From Chiloscyllium plagiosum (lineage: Eukaryota): a DNA stretch of 46,881 nucleotides. Where the stretch lies: the NCBI RefSeq assembly GCF_004010195.1, contig NC_057758.1:5278972-5325852 (forward strand), in the 5' to 3' direction. Below, one piece after another: positions 1 through 8,628 of the stretch (positions are counted from its first letter, which is position 1; the number at the start of each line of letters is the position of its first letter). Below the pieces are notes generated by a model. That model saw only the letters and a list, made by a program, of their open reading frames with translations, was not told where the DNA came from and searched no databases. The translations under genes were made by a program, and so were the position numbers.

Positions 1-558
1 ATGTAGGTGAAATGTAGAGGAATGGAGATGGAGCTTTTTTCCTAATTGTTCAATGGTTTAATCTTGTATTGCCCAACTCCAGGGAAAGCTGAGATCCAGC
101 TGGTGAGGGCTGATTGGATGAGCTCTAAGTTGTGAATCAGTAATATGTTTGAGAAACAAACCTCGGGACGTATAGGCGTTCCAAAAAGGACTGTGAATTA
201 TGTTAGGTGTGTACATGAGCCATTACAATAGATGTAAAGTACAGAAATGCTCCTCCCCATTTGATTAAAAGCTGTCCCTCAATGCTACCTCTCAGATTAA
301 CTTCAGACAAATGTTTCAATCGAAAGAAACACTTAATTCCACATCTTGGCACCCTTCAGCTTTATATGAAACTGCTCCTGGATTCATTGATCTGGATGAT
401 TGAACACAGAGGGTTAGCAGGATGCACAGCCCCACATGTACAAAGGAATAATGTGGATGTGCTGGGGTGGATAACCTCGATGAATTGCTTAATTTACAAA
501 CAAATCAATATTTTCACTGAGCTCCAAATCAGAATCGCGCACTCGCAGCAGGCAGTTT

Positions 559-692
559 GAGCCCTCTAGTGACTAGCCTCACTGCTGGCCAATGGGAAAC
601 CCTGGAAGACCGGAAGAAAGCTGGTTCTCCAGCCAATCAGCGCTCCCCTATTATCTGAATGCGGAATTCGGACAATAAAGCTGCTGATTGGT
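559..692. promoter_or_regulatory. Promoter-like motif cluster: three CCAAT boxes, an ETS/GABP site and a CTCF-like site
   Basis: GGCCAATGG (~587), AGCCAATCAG (~631), CTGATTGG (~684), CCGGAAG (~610), GAGCCCTCTAGTGAC (559-573). Motifs only; no linked gene identified. Confidence 0.3.
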
Positions 693-934
693 TCCCAGAG
701 AAGGTGCTGCTGCACCTCATCTCTCTCTGAATGACGATGGAGACTCACCCACACTGAACCATACTCCTGTGGAAGATCATCTGGGAGCATTTTATTATTT
801 TCATGTTCTTTTCACATTCGTGCTTAAATTGATGACTTGCAAGGATTGCACGTTCGGGAAGTGAATCTAGGGAAGGGGACTGTTTCTGGAAAGTGATGTA
901 TCCCGCTCTGTAAAAGACAGTGACATCGATTACT

Positions 935-1030
935 GTACTGAGGAAGAGTCCCTCGACTTGAAACTTTAAAATGTGATTTCTCTTCACTGATTATGCCAAA
1001 CCCGCTGAGCCTTTCCAGCAATTTCTACTT
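935..1030 (+). mobile_element. Penelope-like pseudo-LTR remnant with a degenerate hammerhead core
   Basis: CTGAGGA-AGAGTC-cctc-GACTT-GAAAC followed by ...ccgctgagcctttccagcaatttct, the same architecture as other Penelope termini in this window. Confidence 0.5.
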
Positions 1031-1176
1031 ATGCTGGTGACATTTTTTCCTCACTCAGCCTGGCACATTCTGGCTAACAGAATGACTCCCTGTCTTAATG
1101 TTCACAATTAAAAGGAGGGATTTCCAGGCAAGAGCTGACATGTGATGAGCATTAAATTAAAATCAGATTGAGTTAT

Positions 1177-2050
1177 AGAGTCATACAGTCATATAAATGT
1201 CCAACCCATCCATGCCGACCAGGCATCCCAACCCAATCTAGTCCCACCTGCCAGCACCAGAACCTCATCTCTCCAAACCCTTTCTATTCATATACGCATC
1301 CAACTGCCTTTTAAATGTTGTAATTGTACCAGCCTCCACCACTTCCTCTGACAGCTCATTCCATACACGTACCACCCTCTGTATGAAAACGTTGCTCCTT
1401 AGGTGTCTTTTATATCTTTGCTCTCTCGACCTAAACCTATGCCCTTTAGTTCTGGACTCGCCAATCACATGGAAAAATACTTTGTCTATTTATCCTATAT
1501 ATGCACCTCATCATTTTGTAAATCTCTGTGAGGTCACCCGTCAGCCTCCGGTGCACCAGGGAATACAGCCCCAGACTGTTCAGCTTCGCCCTATACCTCA
1601 AGTCCTCCAAACCTGGCAATATCCTTGTAAAACTTTTCTGAACCGTTTCAAGTTTCACAACATCTTTCCGATAGGATGGAGACCAGATTTGCAATTTTCG
1701 AACAGAAGCCTAACCAATGTCCTGTATAGCCGCAACACGACCTCCCAATTCCTGTCCTCAATACTCTGTCCAATAAAGGGAAGCATACGAAATGCCTTCT
1801 TCACTATCTCTCTACCAGCGACTCCACCTTCAATGTGCTATGAAACTGCACTCCAAGTCTTCCTTGTTCAGTCACACTCCTTAGGATCTTACCGTTAAGT
1901 GAAGAAGTCTTGCTAACTAGTCCCTTGTACTTACTAACTATACCTCTTATGCTCACATCTAAATCATTTATATAAATGACGAAAACTACTGGACGCTGCA
2001 CCGATCTTTGTGGCACCCCACTGGTCACAGGCCCCCAGTCTATGACCACA
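1177..2050 (-). mobile_element. CR1-clade LINE, 3' part (RT C-terminus and 3'UTR), internally deleted
   Basis: Minus-strand peptides WGPVTSGVPQRSV..VFVIYINDLD, WSPSYRKDVVKLETVQKSFTRILPGL and FIQRVVRVWNELSEEVVEAGTITTFKRQLD. Confidence 0.9.
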
Positions 2051-2064
2051 GTGCGTAATCTCAT

Positions 2065-2313
2065 AATATTCGGTCATTTAAGAACGAGATGAGGATTAAT
2101 TTCTTGTTATCACCAAGTACTATTGAGGCTGGCGTATTAAGTGTACTGAAAGCTGAGATGGACTGATTTTAATCAGGAAGGCAATCAACAGTTTAAGAGA
2201 AAAGGCAAGTCATTGGAGTTGAGGTTATCAGATCAATGGTGGTGACCTGATTGAAGAGCTGAACAGACTTGATGGGCTGAATGGTCTACTTCTGCACCTA
2301 TGACTTATCGTTC
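2065..2313 (+). mobile_element. CR1 LINE 3' end fragment
   Basis: tttaagaacgagatgagg...gatgggctgaatggtctacttctgcacctatgactta, a typical CR1 3' tail. Confidence 0.7.
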
Positions 2314-3169
2314 GTTGTTCAGAGTAAATTGACATTTTACTTTGGGAGTACAGTCTCTTATTGTTTTGTTTGCACGTTACTTACTAATCCTGTGAATTCA
2401 ACACAGGGAAATGATTTTGTGGGCACTTTTCTGTTTTCGCAACCTTGAATGGAGAGTCATAGTTCTGAAGTTATGCCTGTCAGTGAGAAGTCCTCAACAT
2501 TTGGACTCCTGATCAGCATGGAACTGATTTGAAATTCATAAATTGAAGTATTGGACAGTGCAGGAGCTGGAAAAACTACCGACAAACTCTCAAGGTAAAA
2601 ATTTTCAATAGAGGAGACAAAGGCATCAGCAACTAGGCATTAAATAGCATCAAAAATTAAATGTGCCCGCCAATACTGAATTAGTACAGAATAAACAGTC
2701 AATTACCAGTTCAGAAAAGAGCAAATTAAACCTCAGCATGACGTGGAAGAATAAAAGTGCTGGAAAGGAAACTGAAAAGCCAAATTGAGGAAGCTGTTGA
2801 CTGAGAGTTAAATAGTGAATATTCTGACTGGGGATCAGGGAAAAAAAATCAAAGCAGTCCCTGACATAGAAGAGAGAGAGAGAGCTCTTGAAATCTCTGG
2901 TATCAGAATGAGAAACTGGGAAGCAATGGACGTAAATACCAGTGGACAATGGCAGACGATTGTGTGGATCTCTTTGGAAAGTGAATGAACCTTCAAGGCT
3001 TCATGAGATAAACATCCTGGGCTATAAAAGTAAAACAAATTCCAAACATTGCAGAAATTGTTTGAAGCAAACATTGTTCTATGTTAGTGTGCTTCTTCGT
3101 TTTCCTTTTCATTCACATAATTATGTTCATTTTTGTTTAATAGTGTGACCTGTGGTGCTATGCATCTTT

Positions 3170-3488
3170 CAGATAGAATAGAATCCCTTCAGGCTCTTCG
3201 GTCCACCAAGTCCACACCGACCCGCTGAAGAGTAACCCACCCAGATCCATTTCCTTACCCTATATTTACCCTTGATATACCTAACCGACACATCCATGAT
3301 CATGGGACAATTTTCCATGTCCAATTCACCTAACCTCACATCATTTAATTGTGGGAGGAAACCGGAGCAGGAGGAAGGTACCCACGCAATCATGGGGAAA
3401 ATGATCAAACTCCACACTGTCGCCCAAGGCTGGAGTCGAACCCAGGTCCATGGCGCTATGAGGCAGCAGTGCAAGCCACGGTACCGGC
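3170..3488 (-). mobile_element. HE1-type tRNA-derived SINE
   Basis: Reverse complement aligns by eye to the well-preserved copy at 30407-30728 (gcactgctgcctcatagcgcc, B-box ggttcgactcc, CR1-like tail). Confidence 0.9.
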
Positions 3489-3933
3489 CTAGCGTTACTC
3501 ACGAGCTGTTTGAAAGTATGTTTAAACATTAACTCTCCTGACAAAGATTGCAGGATTCTTGTCCAATGGGGACAAAAGATGAGCAGGGTTAGTCAGTGAG
3601 AATGTCCACTCACAGGGAGGCCGCAGACGTCAGGCAGGCTCAGGAAGTCATGAGCAGATAAAACACATATTCAAATTACAACGGAGACAGTGTGATTCAG
3701 TTGTTTATGTTTGACACAGGGAGCATGTCTGAACATTTTGGAAAATGTTTGAATGGGAGTGTTACTGGCGAGGCCAGAGTGGATGCCCATCTCTAATTAC
3801 CCCAGAAAATGATGTAGAGGAGCCGGTGTTGGACTGGGGTGGGCAAAGTTAAAAATCACACAACACCACGTTATAGTCGAACAGGTTTATACTCCATCAC
3901 ATTCATGTGCACATTTTACTAAGCATGCACACA

Positions 3934-5000
3934 GTTGAAACTTTATTGCTGGAACAGCACAGCAGGTCAGGCAGCATCCAGGGAACAGGAGATTCGACGT
4001 TTCGGGCACAGGCCCTTCTTCAGGAATGAGCAGAGAGTGTTCAGCAGGAGAAGATAAAAGGTAGGGAGGAGGGACTTAGGGGAGGGGAGTTGGAAATGTG
4101 ATAGGTGGAAAGAGGTCAAGGTGAGGGTGATAGGTCGGAGTAGGATGGAGGCGGAGAGGACAAGAAGAAGACTGCAGGACAGGAAGGCGGTGCCGGGCGG
4201 GAGGGACCCGGCGGAGACAAGGTGGGGGGAGGGGGGAATGAAGAAACTGGTGAAGTCCAAGTTCATCCCCTGTGGTTGGAGGGCTCCCAGTCGGAAGATA
4301 AGACGCTCCTCCTCCGACCGTCGCGTTGTTGTGGTTTGGCGGTGGATGAGTCCAATGACCTGCATATCCTCGGTGGAGTGGGAGGGGGAGTTGAAATGCT
4401 GTGCCACAGGTTGGTGGGGTTGGTTCGTCCGGGTGGCCCAGAGGTGCTCTCTGAATCGCTCCGCAAGTAGGCGGCCTGTCTCCCCAATATAGAGGAGGCC
4501 ACACCGGCTGCAGCGGATGCAGTAGATGATGTGGGTGGAGGTGCAGGTGAATCTGTGGCGGATATGGAAGTTTCCTTTGGGGCCTTGGAGAGAAGTGAGG
4601 GGGGAGGTATGGGCGCAAGTGTTGCACCTCCTGCGGGCGCAAGGGAAGGTGCCGGGAGTGGAGGTTGGGTCGTTGGGGGGTGTGGATCTGACAAGGGAGT
4701 CGCGGAGGGAGTGGTCTCTACGGACAGCTGATAGGGGAGGGGAGGGAAATATATCCTTGGTGCTGGGGTCTGTTTGGAGGTGGCGGAAGTGATGGCGGAT
4801 GATGCGCTGTACATGGAGATTGGTGGGGTGGTAGGTGAGGACCAGTGGGGTTCTGTCCTGGTGGCGGTTGGGGGGGCGGGGCTCAAGGGCGGAGGAGCGG
4901 GAAGTGGAGGAGATGCGGTGGAGGGCACCGTCGACCACGTCGGGGGGGAAATTGCGGTCCTTGAAGAAGGAGGCCATCTGTGTTGTACGTATTTTGAACT
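3934..5000 (-). mobile_element. Young 5'-truncated Penelope-like element (Neptune-type) with an open ORF: RT thumb/linker, Cys-rich motif and GIY-YIG endonuclease
   Basis: ORF 3967-5040(-) contains FPCARRRCNTC and IIYCIRCSRCGLLYIGETGRLLAERFREH...PVAQHFN...EERLIFRLGALQPQGMN. Flanked by an 11-bp direct repeat GCATGCACACA (3923-3933 and 5001-5011). Confidence 0.92.
3992..4027 (-). ncRNA. Minimal type I hammerhead ribozyme in a Penelope pLTR
   Basis: Minus strand reads AUUC-CUGAAGA-A-GGGC-cugu-GCCC-GAAA-C-GUC-GAAU: intact core, stem II, stem I AUUC/GAAU and palindromic ACGU stem III. Confidence 0.8.
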
Positions 5001-5839
5001 GCATGCACACACACAAACACACACTCACACTCTCTTCCACACATGCACATACACATATATATGTCTACGTGGTGAATTTGCATTTTCAGACACATTCTAT
5101 TTTTGTTCAAAAAGCACACAGCCTGCCGAAAGTCAATCCCTATCACATTTCCTACTTTGGAAATTGAACCAGTCTGACTTAAGATTGGGATACAGACAGT
5201 CACTAACCTCACACCTTAAGACGTTGTTTGAGCTGAGATGTCGTTTTGTTTCATAAAACCTTCAGTTATTTCGAGAATGTGACTTAAAAGAAGTTCTGGG
5301 ATTTACATATTAATGAAGCAAAACTTGCAATAAATTCTAAAAGATGAAATACTTGATAGCAATCTAGATTTGTTCAATATATCATTTCAATTGCGTGCCA
5401 CTGCGATCATTTCCTATAAATTCAGTCTCTTATGAGCCCGCTGCACTAGTTACCTGAAGGACTGCACTCTGAAAGCTAGAACCTTCCAATAAACCTGATG
5501 GAATATAACGTGGTGCTGTGTGATTTTTATCGTTGTCCCTGAAGTGTGATGGTTTGTCAATCAGCTACTTGGAGTGCTGCAGACTTTGTGTCTCTGTGTC
5601 TGCCCTATGACCGTTGGAAAATGCTTTTCCTGCAGAATAAATGCCGGTTTGTTCCTTAAATAGGTATTCTTTCAAACGGTCGCAATAAATGCATGATGGG
5701 CCGGATGAGTGTGGGAGGCAGTTAACTGTTGAGGGAGAAAGCAGCACAACAGTTGATTGAGGACTGCCACTGACTGGCCCTTCCCTCGCTCCCTCCGCTG
5801 ACACGCACATACACATGCACCAGACTTGAAACCTACACA

Positions 5840-6192
5840 GAGATTCCTCACTCCATCGTGGACGATCGGCGGGGTGGGGAGGGAGAGGTCAATCCCAGCT
5901 CCTGTTGCATACTCCCCTGTGGATGATGGGGGATGGGAGACGGCAGACCCAGCTCCTATTGCTCACTCCCTTGTGGAGGAGGGGGAGTGGAGAGGGCAGT
6001 CCCAGATCCTTTTGCTCACTCCCTTGTGGATGATGGGAATGGGGAGAGGGCAGACCCATCTCCTGTTGCTCACTCTCTTGTGGATGATGGGGGAGGGGAG
6101 AGGGCAGTCCCAGCTCCTGTTACTCACTCCCTTGTGGATGATGTTGGAAGGGTGGTATCAGTCCCAGCTCCTGTTACTTACTCCCATGTGGG
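5840..6192. repeat. ~54-bp minisatellite, ~6.5 copies
   Basis: Unit cccagctcctgttgctcactcccttgtggatgatgggggaggggagagggcagt recurs at ~5894, 5948, 6001, 6055, 6109 and 6163. Confidence 0.9.
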
Positions 6193-6214
6193 GATAGATT
6201 TTCCAGAAATTGCC

Positions 6215-7150
6215 TGAGATGGGCGAAGTCCGATCTGACTGACTGGAATGGGCGAATGGAAAAGCAAGACTGTTTGAACAATGGACTTCCCGCTTCTCTG
6301 AAACCTGTATGGACAGCAAGATAGCCATTGAGGGATTGTGGAATGTCAGGGCAAATGTGGAACTGTCAAATGAGGAAAAGGAATGGGGATTGACCAATGA
6401 CAAGCGAGGAGTGTGTTGGAACTGAAACTGTAATTGATCAGTAATGAGGGAAAGGTTGGGAGCTTCGCTGTGGTTAGACATGCTCTGGGATATAGGTAAA
6501 GCAGTGTTACTCGTGCAGCCATAATTGCTTATGCAAGGTAAATGAGCTAACACCAGTGTATAATTGCTTCAGTCCAGAGCTGAATTAATAATTGCTTATG
6601 CAAGGTGAATGCACCAATACCAGTGTTTAATTGTTTCAGCCAAGAAAGTAAACTATGGGAAGGAAATACATAATTGCTTTTCATTAGCTGAAATGTGCAT
6701 ATGAGAAGGAAAACTTTGTGAAGGAAATGCATGATTGTTTTTCATCAGCTGAAATGTGTATACAAGAATGAAATATGCCTGCAAAGAATGGAAGATGTCA
6801 CAGAAAAACAGACAAGGTGCAAAGAACATTGTGTTATGCCAAACTTGACACGTTGCCCTCATGTTTGCACTGAAACGAGCCAAGTTAGTTACAGAGTAAA
6901 TAAGAGTCCGGCTTGGAGTAGTGGAGAAGTAAACAAGGGCGGAGCGCAACTCGGCGAGGCAGAACACAATAAGGAATATTGATCGGTTTGAAGGCCAATG
7001 AGACTCAATTAAACTGCATAAATTGTGAAGTACTTTTTGGATCGGGGTGCCTATTTATTAGACTCCCATCTTGCAAGATCGTTTCAATATTTATTATATT
7101 GTGAGCTCTGTTTCTCACATTTTGGGCCTTCGTTCAGGGTGTCCATCATC
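6215..7150 (+). repeat. Putative 5' LTR
   Basis: Non-coding region upstream of gag starting TG. U3-like tandem duplications (6521-6640, 6660-6776), GGCCAATG (~6993) and a TATA-like CATAAA (~7017). Boundaries unverified because there is no second LTR. Confidence 0.5.
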
Positions 7151-7424
7151 ACCAGCAGGCACTGTCGACGGCTGGGAAGACGTATCCCGTTCCTTTTCGA
7201 ATGGTCCCGTGTTCCTCAGTGTCGGGTTCCCCCTTCTGGTTGACTGATCGAGATCCGATGAGAGTCTATCTGAACCAGGCGAAAGTTGCAAGTCGGCACA
7301 GGGAGACATCGAGCCAGGCAACTCCGTGCACGGACTAAGGAAAGGAAAATTGACTTTTAATTACTGCGTTGCTGGCTGGGATTTTGTTCCAGTAATTAAA
7401 AAGTGTCTAACGAAGGAACTCAAT

Positions 7425-8628
7425 ATGGGCTGTGCCAAGGGGATGGAAAAAGCCTCCGGGGAAGAAAAAAAGAAATGGAAATGGAAATGGAGGCGGGGTC
7501 CATGACAACATAACTCCAGATAGTCCGTTGGGCAGGATGTTGTGGAATTGGAAAAATAATACTTGTACAAGGGCAAAGATAGGAAAATGATGATTAATAT
7601 TGATGCTTTCTATGGACGAAGGAATCCATTGTTTGTCCCGCCATCTTCTGTCCAAAGTACGGATCGGATGAAGACAGTGCTTCTAAATATTTGAATTTAT
7701 ATGTCAACGGAAAACAGCGTTACAGTCAGGAGGAATCAGATTATGCTTACTGTCGGAGGACTAGTAGCTGAATGGCTACTGAGGGTACACTTCGTAACTA
7801 AATCAGGGCCAGACATCCAGAAAAAGATTCAAAAGGTAGGGGGGTGGACCGAGAAGCCTCCAGAGGAGTTGTTGCGGGAAGTTCAGAAACTGTCCGTGAG
7901 ATACAGTGTGTGTGTGTGTGTGAGAGAGAGAAGAGCTGCACAGCTAATGGAAAGTTTAACCTTTTGTGATTCGGTTTGAATGCAAATTTGTTTGTTGGTG
8001 ATTGACTGTTGGTGCTTTGTTCCCTGGAGCTTGAGATCCGGGAATGTTTTGAATCTGATTTCTATTATGGAAATTTAACATGATTTATTTTAAAGTTAAG
8101 GATTTTACAGTGATTATGAAATAAAATGTTGACTGATGTTCTTTTGACAGGTCATGACTTCCTTACTATCAATTTCTAAATAATCTCTTTTATCCTTAAA
8201 TAAAAGCGATTTATAGAGGATAGTTGAAGTTTCAGTTAAACATTACATTGTAATAAATCAAAACAAAATGCTATGGTTAATATTTGTGACCTTGGATTCG
8301 GCCATTATTCATGCACAGAAGTTTTTTTTTGTTAACTCGAATAGGCAAAATAATGATATCCACGGTTGACGAGGTAATAAAGCGAAGGACAAAACTAAAA
8401 GGAGAAGGAAACCGGAATGGTGGACGGTAGAATGTTGAAAATAAAAGGAAGAGAAGAGATCGGGGAGGAGATGTTAATGGGTCTGGTGGACAGGAACAAG
8501 GTTCAAAGTGGAAATCCCCACAGGCGGGAAATTATTACAGTGGAGAGACAGGTCATTTTAAGAAACAATGTCCAGATCTGAAAAAGGAAGCAAAGGTAGT
8601 AACGTTTATGAATTTTTATGAAGAATAG
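7425..8628 (+). pseudogene. gag: ERV gag (MA, CA C-terminus, NC), disrupted
   Basis: MG start; ITPDSPLGRMLWNWK..., EESDYAYC, LRVHFVTKSGPDIQKKIQKV..WTEKPPEELLREVQK, AKIMIST, decayed zinc knuckle GETGHFKKQCP, ending FYEE-TAG. Confidence 0.85.

Larger units (their letters stand above)
3843..5538. mobile_element. Older non-autonomous Penelope-related element with inverted termini; hosts a nested insertion
   Basis: aaaaatcacacaacaccacgttatagtcgaacaggtttat (~3851-3890) is the reverse complement of ataaacctgatggaatataacgtggtgctgtgtgattttt (~5489-5528). Decayed hammerhead-like core (ctgaagg...gaaagcta) at ~5454-5478. Confidence 0.55.

Noticed and set aside
2545..2595. GAGKTT P-loop-like peptide (VLDSAGAGKTT)
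   Set aside because: The first Gly of the Walker A motif is missing, stops lie immediately upstream, and there is no downstream NTPase motif.
4076..5256. Many long overlapping ORFs on both strands
   Set aside because: Shadow frames of the GC-rich Penelope ORF; Pro/Gly-rich with no domain motifs.
5826..6217. Repetitive Leu-rich ORFs or a CRISPR-like array
   Set aside because: Translation of a 54-bp minisatellite; the units are contiguous with no unique spacers, and the context is eukaryotic.
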